A stretch of 64,000 bases of DNA from Octopus sinensis (lineage: Eukaryota). A program made the translations under genes and the position numbers. Under the pieces are notes generated by a model. It did no database searches. It was not told the DNA's origin and worked only from the letters and a program-made list of their open reading frames with translations. The stretch lies in contig NC_042998.1 in NCBI RefSeq assembly GCF_006345805.1, positions 17,670,001-17,734,000 of the forward strand. Direction: 5' to 3'. Shown one piece after another: positions 39,216-53,884 of the stretch (positions within the stretch are counted from its first letter, which is position 1; each line of letters opens with the position of its first letter).

Positions 39216-40089
39216 TAGTTATAGACAGGTTTTTACTAGAATACATGCGCATGTGTGCGTATGCGTGTGGTTGTATGCAGCTGTATATATTTATAATGTT
39301 GACCGTTGTGCGATCATTTTAACATAACACATGAACGCTAGTGAGCTGGGTTTTCAATAAATTTTGATTAAATATTCAATGCTACATCATTTCCAAACAT
39401 ACGATACATCCGATTACTTCGGCTGCAAGTATCAAGTAGAATGTTTGATGCTGTTAGTATTTAACTTCTTCGTGAAACTGTAATATAATATTCTGTCAGA
39501 GAACTAGTATAATTGAAAGTAGCATAAGTTTATAGATAATGATACAAGCTTTCTAAATCAGTGCAAATGTCATAAATATTAAGTTTGGCTACGTTTTACG
39601 TGCGTTACTGAGGAACATTAACCCTACTATAATATAATTTGCTGAGAAAAAGTATCAATTTACATTAAATACGTTGGGAACAGTAGCCCCTCAGGAGGTA
39701 GACGTAATCGCTTCCAACTAATAATTATCTGCATATATTAACAAGCAATGATTCGCAACGCATCAATTTACTGAATTTAGTTTAGAGAATACCTAAAATC
39801 CATCAAAGTTAAATTTTATTTAGAATTAGTAGACATTATAGCAGATCAGTTTAAATCATGCTATATGATAACTTCCAATGGCATAATCAGAATTTCTGTT
39901 GTTATTCATGGTTTGTCTTCAGTATATGTGTGACATAGGTGGATGTTGTAGTTCTCGATTTGTTTTATGCCCGGTCAATCCTCATCGAGCAGACGAATGA
40001 GTATAAGCATTCCAGCGAAACTTTCTCGTCTTTTACTTTCCTACATAATCCTAATTTCACTCTCGTAACTTATTTTGAGATGTTGCGTA

Positions 40090-40452
40090 TATGGCCGTGT
40101 GGTAAGAAGTTTATTTCCCAAAATCTAATGTCGGGTTGAGTCTCACTGCCAGTCACTTCGAGCAATTATCTTCTATTATAGCTTCGAAGGGATTTATTTG
40201 GTCGACGGTAGCTGAAAGAACCCGAAAGTAAACACTCACTCATACATGTATGTATGTATGTATGTATGTATGTATGTATGTATGTATGTATGTATGTATG
40301 TATGTGTAATTATCTTTGCAAACTGATGGTGGGTTGATTGTTTCTTTGTCAAAAGAGACCGACAGAATAAGTACAGAGGTTGAGTTGTTTGACTAAACAA
40401 TTCAAAATGACACCTCAGCATGGCCGCAGTCCAATGACTGAACAAATTAAAA
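40090..40452 (+). mobile_element. Old SINE family A copy with an internal (TATG)n tract
   Basis: ggccgtgtggtaagaag head; aagagaccgacagaataagtac; cagcatggccgcagtccaatgactgaac tail. Confidence 0.75.
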
Positions 40453-40778
40453 CGATAAAAGATAGATGCTAGGGATGTTTGAATGGAAATTTACCTGATT
40501 TTTCCAGAAATGTGTAGAGATTGCTTTCATTTTTCAAAATTTGTTGTTTAATCTCAAGTCAATTGTGATCGAACGGATCTATGACAATGAAAGATGTTCC
40601 AGCTGGAATCATGCCATATATTCTTCTAAACAGTGTATCTATTACTATATAATCCAGGATGTTTTTATGTTTCCTACAACGTGTAGTACAACTGTTGTGT
40701 GACCTGGTAGCTATTTCTAGTAGCTTCAGTGACCATGTTAGATTTCCTTCATCAGCAGCATGACTGAGACGGTATAAA

Positions 40779-41015
40779 AGCGGCGAGCTGGCAGAAACGT
40801 TAGCACGCCGGGCGAAATGCGTAGCCGTATTTCGTCTGCCGTTACGTTCTGAGTTCAAATTCCGCCGAGGTCGACTTTGCCTTTCATCCTTTCGGGGTCG
40901 ATAAATTAAGTACCAGTCACTCACTGGGGTCGATATAATCGACTTAATTCGTTTGTCTGTCCTTGTTTGTCCTCTTTGTGTTTAGCCCCTTGTGGGTAGT
41001 AAAGAAATAGGTATA
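40779..41015 (+). mobile_element. tRNA-derived SINE family C, well-preserved copy
   Basis: ggcggcgagctggcagaaacgttagc (A-box) ... gagttcaaattcc (B-box) ... gaggtcgactttgcctttcatcctttcggggtcgataaattaagtacc. Confidence 0.9.
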
Positions 41016-41280
41016 AAAGCCACTGGATAACAGGAAGATCGACAAGTATTGTTCGTTGTTTCAGAGCAGCAGTCAACATGACACTGATATGCTATAATTT
41101 AGTTTCAGAGCTCTGAATGTCAAGAGTTCTGAAAGAGGAATATGAGGTATGGTAGTTGTGGTGGTGTTTGTATTACCATAAATTTATGATGATATTTTTT
41201 TGCATATAATAGAGTGTCGTTACAGTGTCCATACAAGCGAAAGTAGCGGAGGTGTCAGTGGTGATAGTATTGGCTGTGAC

Positions 41281-41480
41281 AAAGGCGGCGAGCTGGCACA
41301 ATCGTTAACACGCCGGACAAAATGCCTAGCTACATTTCTTCTGGCTTTACAATCTGAGTTCATATCCAACCGAGGTGGTCTATGCCTTTAATTCCTTCCA
41401 GGTTGATAAAATAAGTACCGCCTGGGGTAAATGCAATCAACTAGCACTTTCTTCAAATATTAAAGGCCTTCTATCTATAG
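41281..41480 (+). mobile_element. Older SINE family C copy
   Basis: aaaggcggcgagctggcacaatcgttaacacgccgg..., colinear with the 40779 copy. Confidence 0.8.
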
Positions 41481-41853
41481 TAAGAAAAGTATTGGTTGTG
41501 ACACAATTGCAATGAAATTTATCACTTTACGATTTCGCTGGTATAATTCGCTGGTATTATTTCTGGAAGCTGTGGTACTACTCATGGTTTTTGTTGCTGA
41601 ATAAGGAAAACTGTTGTTACTATATAAGCGTCCAGTAACAAGCGGCAATAAAACTTTTGAAATATTTAATTGAAAAAGCACAGAGACATTTCTTCTGCAA
41701 ATAATCATGCACACACGTTTGCATATATAAATATGTGTATATATATGGGTGTGGGTGTGTGCGCCTGCGTATGTTTACAAATATATATATATATATATAT
41801 TTATATATTTATCCACGCATACACATACAAACACACGTGTATATGTGTATATA

Positions 41854-41984
41854 TACAAGAGGTGTATGAAAAGTATTGAGCCTCAAAATAGACAAAACTT
41901 GGTACAAGAAGTCTGATGAAGGTACAAGACTTCAAGGCTCAAAGTACTTGAAGGCTCAAAATTTTTCATACACCCCCTCGTGTA
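41854..41984. mobile_element. ~130 bp mariner-type MITE
   Basis: Left end tacaagaggtgtatgaaaagtattgagcct; right end reverse-complements to tacacgagggggtgtatgaaaaattttgagcct; TA flanks. Confidence 0.7.
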
Positions 41985-42049
41985 TATATATATATATTAT
42001 ATATATATATGTACGTATATATATTATATATATATATATATGTGTGTGT

Positions 42050-42088
<39 letters not shown>

Positions 42089-43669
42089 ATATGTATGTGT
42101 GTGTGTGTGTTCCACTCAGCAGAAATAATGTTCCCAGGGGAAAAATTCTGTTAAATTTGATGACTTAAGAAGTCATAGGAGACATTTTTAACATAATATG
42201 TTATGCTTGAAAATCTTGGTGCAGTTTAAAACAGAAGTGTTACACATTCATGACGATTTAACTTAGATAATAATTCAAGCAGCGAAATATTTATATTCAT
42301 GATTAATATCTCAAAAGAACACTCAGTTTAATATTTCATTTTTTTCAGGTTACTTTCTCGGGATACAAGTATCTATCCATGTTATAATTCAATAACACGG
42401 AAGTTTTATTCAGTACAATATACAAAGCTTAAACGAACCCTACAGAAAAATGACGCTTCTTCGTTTTTTTTTTTTTTCTAATTTGCGTATTATTGATTTG
42501 ATTACTTATGGTTTCAATTTTAGTTTTAATAGTTTAATTCAAATTTTGATTTCCATAATGAGCTTAGCACCAAATTTATAAACGTACCCAACTTCGGAAA
42601 TGTCAGGCACCTTGTAAGTGAAAGGTTCCTAATTTCCAATATTTGGAGTTTCCTTTTTATGCTATCTTTGCTGATAATCCGACCCTGTTTTCTCTCGATT
42701 TATCTGTTTGAATATATTTTGAAATATTATACAAATGCTGTCAACAAATCTCTTATCTTGGCAATTTTTTTTTTTTACTTTGTGCGGCCGTTATATGTAA
42801 AAATATAAAAAAAGTGCCATATGAAACAAAGTTGGGGACTCCATGCGTTTTTGCTGAGTGCAATATACTATATTTTATATTATAAAGTAAAATAATGTGA
42901 TCCAATAACCTTCAGCTAATAAGAAAAAAAATACTTATCAAATATGCGCGTGTATGCCAATGCGTGCATATATTCCCATGCCTATGTATGTGTATTAGTA
43001 CGAGTGTATGTGTGTTAGTACATGTGTGTCTCAGTTTTCATAAAATTCTAGTAAACAGTATTTTTGCCTGCTGCCCTTGATCATCTTGAGGACATCGATA
43101 ACAAATATGAACGTGCTTTTATGCGATCAAACAAAGCATTTGATCATTCTTTATAGCCTTGGCCATCATGATATTTATTGCAGCCTGGCTGATATATCGT
43201 CAAAATAACAGCGACATGAAGCATGTCCTAATTTCTAACACAGTTGTAAGTTGGTTGTTAGAAGCAAAAAAAAAATAAGGTGAAATGTTACTTTGATCAC
43301 GTCCCCTCGTAATCTTGACACGAACCCCTACACACAATGTTTTATCGCGAAACATTAATCTTCGGTTTTCAACTTCTTTATTAGCCGCATCTTCACCTCT
43401 GTCCCTTTACAAAAGTATGATGCAAGTGTGTTGACTGAAAAGGAATATTTTTCGCTTGACAAACAGAAAACAATAAATTTAATTTGTTTGAAATCAGTTT
43501 TATTTACATAACTTTGAAAAGCAAATGAATAGAGTCTTGTTGTTGATACTGTTTCCTTCTTTCTTTCTTTTTTATCACTTGCAAATTTCAGGTTAGCCCT
43601 GATTGTGTAGGTTTACCATGAAATGTATTCCAGTTGTGAGTAAATTCTGTCTTATTCAAGCATTTTGTA

Positions 43670-43934
43670 TGCATACATACACACATAGATGCACAAATAC
43701 ATGCACACATACACACACACACACGTATATATATATATATTATATATATATATATATACGTACATATACATATATACACACATATATACATATACATATA
43801 TACATATACATATATACACATATACACACACACACATATATATATGTATATATATTATATATATATATATATATATACATACACTTATATTTATACATAA
43901 AAATATAAATATGAATACAAATATATATATATAT

Positions 43935-43974
<40 letters not shown>

Positions 43975-44011
43975 ATATATATATATATATGTATATGTCT
44001 TTATATATATA

Positions 44012-44105
<94 letters not shown>

Positions 44106-44115
44106 ATATATATGT
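43670..44115. repeat. (TA)n/(TACA)n microsatellite field
   Basis: Direct reading. Confidence 0.9.
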
Positions 44116-44116
44116 A

Positions 44117-44328
44117 TACTCTTTTACTCTTTTACTTCTTTCAGTCATTTGACTGCGGCCATGCTGGAGCACCGCCTTTAGTCGAGCAAATCGACCCCGG
44201 GATTTATTCTTTGTAAGCCCAGTACTTATTCTATCGGTCTCTTTTGCGGAACCGCTAAGTGACGGGCACGTAAACACACCAGCATCGGTTGTCAAGCAAT
44301 GCTAGGGGGACAAACACAGACACACAAG

Positions 44329-44386
<58 letters not shown>

Positions 44387-44541
44387 ACAGGCTTCTTTCA
44401 GTTTCCGTCTACCAAATCCACTCACAAGGCATTGGTCGGCCCGGGGCCATAGCAGAAGACACTTGCCCAAGATGCCACGCAGTGGGACTGAACCCGGAAC
44501 TATGTGATTCGTTAGCAAGCCACTTACCACACAGCCACTCC
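44117..44541 (-). mobile_element. SINE family A copy, near full length
   Basis: Colinear with the 57068 copy; expanded central (TA)n. Confidence 0.92.
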
Positions 44542-45289
44542 TGAAATGTGTATTGTAAAACACGAATAAAATAATTTATTTTCAAACGCACAAACGCTGA
44601 TAAAACAGCTGAGACACGATAAAATATCCATGAAAAGCCGATGTGTATGCATGTGTATGTGCGTGTGTGTATGTATATATGTGAATGTGTGTGCGTGCGT
44701 GAGTGTATGTGTGTATGCGTGTCTGTGCATAAGACGAGAGTTTGTACTAACTGATACACTTGAAAGCAACATTCCAGTGAGATGTGGCGACTAATTCTAT
44801 TCTGTCAGGCTGAAAGATCCCATTCAGGAGTCTCACGCTATTTGAAAAGCAGGAGTTAAGCATGCTGTATGTTCCGATTCACCATGCAAAGAGCATATAT
44901 TAGATTTTGGTGAGAGGATACTGAAAGTGGTAGTTCAAGTGATAGTAGAAGCCAAATCTAATTTGGTTAGCTCGAGGCTATAGCAGAAGAAATTTCACCG
45001 AGGTACCACACAGTGGGACTGAACACGTACTCATGTGTTTCGGAAGTGAATTTCGCACAGTCACACCTACGATTATGTGTATGTGTCTGTGTGTGTGTGT
45101 GTGTGTTTGTGTGTGTGTATTCTTTTATTTGTTTTAATCATTTGACTGCGGCCATGCTGGAACACCGCCTTTATTATATTTATATATTATTTTAAATATG
45201 AGGTGCTAATAGTTTCATTCTGTGGCAACTCAACAATTCCGCAGATTTATATAAACTGATTTGTATCCAAGGATTGCAATCCTTCCTGG

Positions 45290-45835
45290 GCCAGTGCACC
45301 CTGTTTACATTTTATTTATCTTCGTGTGGCTGTAGTGCAGTCTTGGAATGTTCCAGCATTAAACTGCATCTTATTGTCGTCAACCTCCCTGTATATTACA
45401 CCCAACTCTTTGTTGAAGGGCACACCATCTCCAGGGTTCGGTATCCTTTGAGAGATTATTGTATCATCTGCATAGCAAACATATTCGGCTATCTAAGTAG
45501 CTGAGGGCATATCTGACTGGGCTACTGTGAATAGCAGTGGTCGTAAGACAGTGCCCTGTGGAATGTCACTCACTAATTGTGCTTCATTAGAGGCGGTTCC
45601 ATATGGTCACTACTGCATGACTTCTATCTTTTAAAAAAATCTTGTAACCACTCTCCAATCACGCAGCTTTTGACATATCATACGAAAGTCAACGTTATCA
45701 AAGGTTTTTGCAAAGCCAACATATGTCACGTCCTGTGTCAGGCAGCTTCTACCAGGTCGAAAACCATGTTAGGTGTCAGACAGCAAGTCATTCGCTACAA
45801 AGAAGGCAGTTTGTTTCTTTCGGACATTTTGTTCC
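45290..45835 (-). mobile_element. CR1-like LINE RT fragment, degenerate
   Basis: HGFRPGRSCLTQ, FAKTFDNVD, WLQDF..DRSHAVV, IPQGTVLRPLLF, YADDT in minus-strand frames. Confidence 0.85.
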
Positions 45836-45917
<82 letters not shown>

Positions 45918-46544
45918 AGTGCGCACACAGATGCACACGCACACCTGTGAGTTTATGTGAGTGTATGTGCATGTATGTGCGTGCGTACGCCCGTGCGTGC
46001 GTGTGTGTGTGTGTGTATGTGTACGTGTGTAAAGCGCAGTTGAATTATATTTTTGTAAACAAAGTTTTATATTATCAGATTTAACTTGACTCTTCCAAGC
46101 AACCTGTGTTTTGTCATTCTATGACAAACCTGGTGTTTCACTAAATTTGATTATATATTACCATATACTTTTCTTAGTATATACATTTTAGGTGGTATTT
46201 TCTAAGAACAATTTCGTATTGGAAATATTTGATAAGCAACTATGTATACGAATGACATGTTCACTGCATGATGTAGGTTAACTTCAACCAAAAACATCTG
46301 TTTACCTTCAAATGCAGGCAATTGAAAGTGTATTAACGATAACTCTGATCTAAGTTGACTTCCAATTAATGGCTATTTCGCTTCTGTTGTTCTCTGTAAT
46401 TTCCTTTCTCTTCATCTATTATACATGTCTGTGTGCGTATTAGTAAATACATAAATATGTGCATGTATGTGTACTTGTGTATGTGTGCGTGTCTGTTTGT
46501 TTGTGTGTGTGTATGTATGTGTGTGTATATGTGCGTGTGTGTGT

Positions 46545-46820
46545 GTGTGGTATACCGGTTAGGGCTTTCGGTTCACGATCATAAGGTCATAAATTCCTTC
46601 CCTGATGGTGTGGTATGTCCCCGAACAAGACACTTATTTCACGTTGATACAGTCCACAATGAATTGTACCTGTATTTCAAAGTACCAGCTTTGTCTCCTA
46701 GAGAACTAACGTGTCTGTAGGGTGCTTAGCCACTACCAAGTAAATTTTACGAGCAGGCCTTTTTGTTGATCGGATGAATCAACTGGGACATTCGTCGTCG
46801 TAACCGTCGAGGTGCCAAAA
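46545..46820 (+). mobile_element. Fourth SINE family (CORE-like), degenerate
   Basis: ggttagggctttcggttcacgatcataaggtc head; gaacaagacacttatttcacgttg CORE-like block; tail cgtcgtcgtaaccgtcgaggtgcca. Recognised from memory of octopus SINEs. Confidence 0.65.
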
Positions 46821-46822
46821 CG

Positions 46823-46858
<36 letters not shown>

Positions 46859-48029
46859 TATATGAAATATTTTCATGAATTGAACAGGTACTGCTAACCA
46901 TCCACTAACCATTCAAAATACTACTATCATAGCACTCCCAAATTCTTTTTCTTCTTCTTCTGCTTCCCCTTCTCCTCCTCCTTATCTTTAGACAATGCAT
47001 TGTTTCCACAATGAATAGGGTAAATGTTTTTTTAATTTTCCTTTAATTTCTGAATTACTACTACTTAGCGGTTTGAGTCCTGGCTGCTCTTTCTAGTGGG
47101 TTGAATGGCCTATCGAAGCCGTTCCTCAATTGTTGTTGAATTTATATATATAGTCTCTGACTATTTTCTCTTTCTCACTAGACCGCTGGTGGCGAAAAAA
47201 TTTCTATTGAATATTTTGCTACCCTATATTGATTATTTATATATATATACTATAGGCCTAGTAACACCTTGATGTGATTCAAATAGATGAAATATGTTTT
47301 CCGGGAATATATTATAGCAATAAGGCAATATTCCAACTTCTTGTCCTTGCTTCTATTAATTAATATATTATTAGAACTGCTAAAATATTAATTAAATTTA
47401 TTATATAGCTAATTAAACACAAATAATACTTAATCAGAGATCACTGTGCAGATATATTTACGTTGAAGTATGCAGGTTCATTACAGAATAGCTTCATTAA
47501 ATGGGAGTGTATACTAGTTAAACTACTTCTGCTATGCATCATAACGTGTCGTCACAGATGAGAAATCTTACAATTGATAAAGATAGTACTTTAAAGCTAT
47601 CGAGATAGAAGGTTTGAGTTTTAGAGCTTCAGTGAGATAATATTCGACGCTTAAAATAATGTATCTTTGAAGGGAGTTTGTTCTTTGTAAACCGCATGTA
47701 TCTGGGAAAATCAAATATGTGGGCTTTTGATATTAACATCAGGTTTCCTCACAGAACGGGGCCAGAAATGTCTCGTGATTCAATCTGACTGTTTGTACGA
47801 ATGTTAGTCTTTATGTATCTAAGGTATTATTAAATATGCAACATTTTCCTGGGGATAGGCATAGATTTTATTGGCCTTTCGACAGAAGCCCTCTTAAATT
47901 TCAGCATTTTCATTTAAGAACTTGCTGATAAACCAACATAAAGTAAAATACTCTCCGAACCCAATTATCTGAAGTCAGTCTTCGTGAATATGAATGTACA
48001 TCGCTATGACTGTTCATCGCTATACAGGT

Positions 48030-48064
48030 ATCTAATGTCTATATGTATAGACTGACAGGCAGAC

Positions 48065-48109
<45 letters not shown>

Positions 48110-48130
48110 CAGTTAGATAGATAGATAGAC

Positions 48131-48195
<65 letters not shown>

Positions 48196-48371
48196 TTTTA
48201 AGTATCATAAAAGTGAATGAATTTGAAGTTTGTTTTGACTTAGGCTGGCTTTACTATAGTGATCACTTAAATCTAATGACTATATGGACAGACAGACAAA
48301 CAGACATATATATAGATAGCTAGATACATAGATACATAGATACATAGATAGATACATAGATATATATATAT

Positions 48372-48454
<83 letters not shown>

Positions 48455-48586
48455 TTTTAAGTATTATAAAAGTGAATGGATTTGAAGTTTGTTTTAACTT
48501 AGGCTGGCTTTATTATAGTGATCAATTAAGTCTAATGTCTATATGGACAGACAGACAGGCAGACAGACAGATAGATAGATAGATAT

Positions 48587-48667
<81 letters not shown>

Positions 48668-48736
48668 CATAGATTGATAGATACATACATACATACATAG
48701 ATAGATAGATACATAGATACATAGATACATAGATAC

Positions 48737-48808
<72 letters not shown>

Positions 48809-48905
48809 TAGATAGATAGATATTTTAAATATTTTAAAACTGAATGAAGTTGAAGTTCGCTCTAACTCAGGCTGCCTTTTATTATAGTGATCGCTAATAG
48901 TCTGA
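48030..48905. repeat. Composite minisatellite: (GACA)n(GATA)n tract plus a ~95 bp unique unit, three copies
   Basis: Unit tattttaagtat.ataaaagtgaat..tttgaagtt..taggctggcttta.tatagtgatc at about 48195, 48453 and 48821. Confidence 0.9.
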
Positions 48906-50462
48906 ACAAAATGAATTAGAGATGAGAAGGAATTTATTGAAGGAATCACGAAGAATGACCTATTGACTTTACATATATTTACAATACTTCTATCTTTAGA
49001 CTTAAAACCAGGTTTGGCCTCCTCGCCTCACTAACCAGGTTTTATCATCCTTTCACCGCCATATCCTATGGTTTTCCCTCTGAAGCGTTGACTGGATGTC
49101 TGACGTTTGCTGATTACTCAGGCTGATTTTGGACTTCCAGCAGAGCAACAATTCAAAGATCATTAGTGCAAATAAGTCTAAATAAAGTCGTGAATAAAAT
49201 ACATTCGTAAAATCAATAACTAATTCTTCTCAAACTTCTGATACACCTAAATTTAAATGAATCCTATAAAAACAGAAGTTTTGTGACTTCCCTGACTTGA
49301 TCAATCTTGCCAAGTTTGAAACACATAGTAAGCACTCAAATTCGATAGGTTTTTCCACTCCACCCAACTTATTGTGTCCTATACGAGATCATTTTTGCCG
49401 TACGTCAAACATGTCATTGCCATATTTGTCTACTGTTAAAATAATATACACACACGAACACACACCAACACACAGAAATACACACAAACACGCATGTGCG
49501 CACACGCACATATACACATATAGATACACACATACAAACACGAACGCACATATAAACGTATACACGCAATATATACATTGACACATACACATGTGTATAC
49601 CGTCTACGAAATCCACCCCTTTTGTAGAAGGCACTTACCCAAGTTGTCGTGCAGTAGGACTGAACCTGGAACTATGTGGTTCCTATACGTATATGTAATT
49701 GGCTGAAACCAAGTCTAGGTAAAGCTAGTATCTTTAAGAACTGTCGTGATACTCTAGAAACCATTCATTTGTAGTTGACAACGTTATATTTCGCTAACGA
49801 AATTAAATTATTATTTTGTTTCTCGATACAGAATTGCTTACATTTCATTCACCTCCTTTACTATCACACACACATACACACACACACACATATACATACG
49901 CACACACACACACACACGCACATTTACACATACACAGGTACATGTGTTTGCATCTGCAGAGTGCAAGATATATGCATTTATACACACGTAAAGATATCGA
50001 AGAGTCTGTTTTAGACTAAGTTTTTATGTAATTGTATATATTTTGATATGTTTGCATTGTTATGTTAAACCTTATCTTTAACTTGTCGTTTCATAGGTAT
50101 TTGTCTGTTTGCAATCGTATTTCCAATTTTCTTTCTAACTTAGAGTTTCCTGTATCACAGGGACAGCGCTTGTGTTCTCTCATACAAAGCTAAATTTTCT
50201 TTCCCTTTTGAATAATTTCAGTTTATATTTTCTGGGTATGTTTTATATTGTAAACAACTGACACAATAATCGTTTAGATTTTAGTTATATTTTCTATAAT
50301 ATATCAAAACACTTCAAATGATGACATCTGTTTTCTTTCAAATGAAACAATTTTATTTGAGAAAAGAATTTTGATGGCATCAAATATGTTACAGATTACT
50401 CTCTTTCTGAACGTCACGTGACATTGACCATTCCTCTCTCGAATATATATATATATATATAT

Positions 50463-50552
50463 GTGCGTGTGTGCATAAGAATATCAGTGAGTCAGTTCAC
50501 GTAACGGGTGTGCGTCTCTGTGTATGTTTGTGTGTGTATCTGTGCGTGTGTG

Positions 50553-50600
<48 letters not shown>

Positions 50601-51231
50601 GGGTATGTTTAAGACTTGTATCTTCTCGAGTCTAGCAACTTCTGTAGTCAAGAGTGCGTATTGAAACAGAAAGAAGTGTAGATATCTGTGGCCAGAGAAA
50701 CAGAGTGAATTTTATACTATGGCATGCCATTTCTGGACAATACTTAAATTTTTGAGCTCCAGTTTCATTCATATTTAACCATACCATCAATATATCAAGA
50801 AATTTTTTGTATACTATTTAATATAAATCTTTTTAGACTGGTCACTCTTTCTAACACACACACACACACACAAACTGTGTGTGTGTGTGTGTGTGCGTGT
50901 GTGTAGAGTATGACAGGGTAGCCTATAGCTCAGGTAATGTCGCAATGCATGCTTGAACGTATACTTGTACTTCATGCAAAAAGCTGTACGAAGAGTTCAT
51001 CCAATCTGTTTCACATTTATATTCAGCTGGGAACCGGGCGCCGAAGCAGAGGAATTCTACGTTGGGCATCTTGCTAAAAGCAATTACGCACACACTCACA
51101 CATACACACATGCATTCATACATACACACATACCTACCTACCTACCTATCTACCTACATACATACATACATACATACATACATACATACATACATGTATA
51201 CATACATGCATACATTCATACATACTTGTAT

Positions 51232-51284
<53 letters not shown>

Positions 51285-51378
51285 ATATGTGCGTGTGTGC
51301 ATAAGAATATCAGTGAGTCAGTTCACGTAACGGGTGTGCGTCTCTGTGTATGTTTGTGTGTGTATCTGTGCGTGTGTG

Positions 51379-51424
<46 letters not shown>

Positions 51425-51694
51425 GGGTATGTTTAAGACTTGTATCTTCTCGAGTCTAGCAACTTCTGTAGTCAAGAGTGCGTATTGAAACAGAAAGAAG
51501 TGTAGATATCTGTGGCCAGAGAAACAGAGTGAATTTTATACTATGGCATGCCATTCTGGACAATACTTAAATTTTTGAGCTCCAGTTTCATTCATATTTA
51601 ACCATACCATCAATATATCAAGAAATTTTTTCTATACTATTTAATATAAATCTTTTTAGACTGGTCACTCTTTCTAACACACACACACACACAC

Positions 51695-51737
<43 letters not shown>

Positions 51738-52072
51738 GTGTAGAGTATGACAGGGTAGCCTATAGCTCAGGTAATGTCGCAATGCATGCTTGAACGTATA
51801 CTTGTACTTCATGCAAAAAGCTGTACGAAGAGTTCATCCAATCTGTTTCACATTTATATTCAGCTGGGAACCGGGCGCCGAAGCAGAGGAATTCTACGTT
51901 GGGCATCTTGCTAAAAGCAATTACGCACACACTCACACATACACACATGCATTCATACATACACACATACCTACCTACCTACCTACCTATCTACCTACAT
52001 ACATACATACATACATACATACATACATACATACATGTATACATACATGCATACATTCATACATACTTGTAT

Positions 52073-52091
<19 letters not shown>
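50463..52091. repeat. Tandem duplication of an ~830 bp unit
   Basis: Copy 1 starts at 50463, copy 2 at 51289; identical ORFs at 50923 and 51760; (TA)n at all three junctions. Confidence 0.95.
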
Positions 52092-52149
<58 letters not shown>

Positions 52150-53583
52150 CAAACATACATACGTATCTTTATGTGTGCTTGAGAAGGAGAGAAGAAAGTG
52201 TGGGAATGGATATATATTTTTGTGTACCATTTCGCAAATCGGGCATTGCAGAACTTGCTATGCACCAAATATCGCTTTTATTGAATGATAGTCTAGCTTC
52301 CGGGTTAACAGAAGAAAAAAGTTTCCTTTGTAAGATGCTGGTCTTAGCCGGTATGTATTTGCCTTACTTCTCAGGAAATAGGCAGCGATTCATCTGAGTT
52401 ACTGTCGCTAGAACTAGCGAACTACAAAATCTGTTGTGCAAAATAAAGCTCAAATTTTGGCTTCACCAAGGTGCGAACCTGATAACAGAGATTTATGCAC
52501 CAAACTCACAAGCTGATTTTCCTAAGTTAATATAGACATTTACTATACGATCGACTGTTTCATTTTCATTTAGTGAACATAAGAAATTCAAATATTTCTT
52601 ATCGGATGTTAAATGTGACGTCTATGTTTGCTGATGTATATTCGCTGACATTGCTTAGTGAGATACTTGTATTTTCCATTCTTTGTACTGCCTTGGGTAA
52701 GGAAATAATTTTGTTTAGCTTTCTATTCGGCTGCTGTCTGGTGTCTTTTTATCGATGTTAATTTAGAGTTTCCTGTAATTTTTCTTTATATCTGTTGGCG
52801 TTAATTATGGCAAATGTGTTATTATCGACTGCTTTTGTAATGCTAATATTCTGGTTATGAACTATTTCTTTTGTGATCTTTTTAGCTTTTCTCTAAACAA
52901 CAGACTTTCTTTCGTGCAGCACAAGATAATTTTAAAAACTTATTCTTTGTTTTATAATTAAGTTAATCGTTATATTTTTATCATCGTCAATATTCTTTTG
53001 GTTTCTTTTAGTCTTTGAGAAGAAAAAAAAACGTTACAATTCCATTCGATTTAGTATGTTTAGGTATCTAACTTGGATGTTGTAATTAATTCTAAAGTAA
53101 AGAACTTCCAATTTCGACTATATAAACAGTGATTCAGATATGTTTGCACATTTGTCTTGGTTGAGTGACGTGTAATTTATATACTTATGTTATATTTCCG
53201 TTTACATTGTTTGTGTCTCACTGACTCAGTTACTGGCCTTTGACAGATTCTTGTTGCTTCCTTACATCTTCAGGTCATATCTAGCAACTCCTTTCTGAAT
53301 ATTTAGATTTCATTTTTGATCTTCTAATATTCACTGGTTTTCATCCTTTGTGCAGTATGGTTCCAAACATAGAAGTGTTGACTCATTCACTAATGCAAAC
53401 GCACAAGTAATATTCACAATCACACACGCATATACAGACATACAAACTTACATACATACATATAACATATGCATATAATACACACACACATACATATACG
53501 TTTGATTTTACGTTAGGATCACTCAATACATCTGGTAGACTACAAATTAATTATTCTCTAGCAACAACACAAATGCGCAATTA

Positions 53584-53685
53584 TAGTCGACTTCGGCAAA
53601 ATTTGAACTCAGATCGTAAAACCGGAAGAAATGCTGTCTAAGCATTTTCGATTGAGTGCTAACTATTCTGTCAACTCGCCATCTA
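53584..53685 (-). mobile_element. SINE family C head fragment
   Basis: gtcgacttcggcaaaatttgaactcag...aactcgcc is the reverse complement of the family C head. Confidence 0.65.
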
Positions 53686-53884
53686 TCTATCTCTAGTAAT
53701 ATTAAGTCGGTATGCTTTAATCTCCCTATGTCTCTGAATTAGAATGTCCTGGTGTATGTTCGTTTTTCCTTCTCAGTGATCTTTCTCGACAGTATTGCAT
53801 TTCAATGGCTATTCCTTCCACAAAGGCCCTCTCCATATCTTCCCATCTTCTAACTTTGCCAGTATATATATATATATATATATA

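Noticed and set aside
48190-48905. Repeat-spacer pattern as a CRISPR-like array
   Set aside because: The spacers are GATA microsatellite, the units are about 95 bp and diverged, the context is eukaryotic and there are no cas genes.
50923-51129. Duplicated ORF FSKMPNVEFLCFGARFPAEYKCETDW... as an exon
   Set aside because: No recognisable motif and no convincing acceptor (it is preceded by a TG repeat); it appears twice only because of the duplication.
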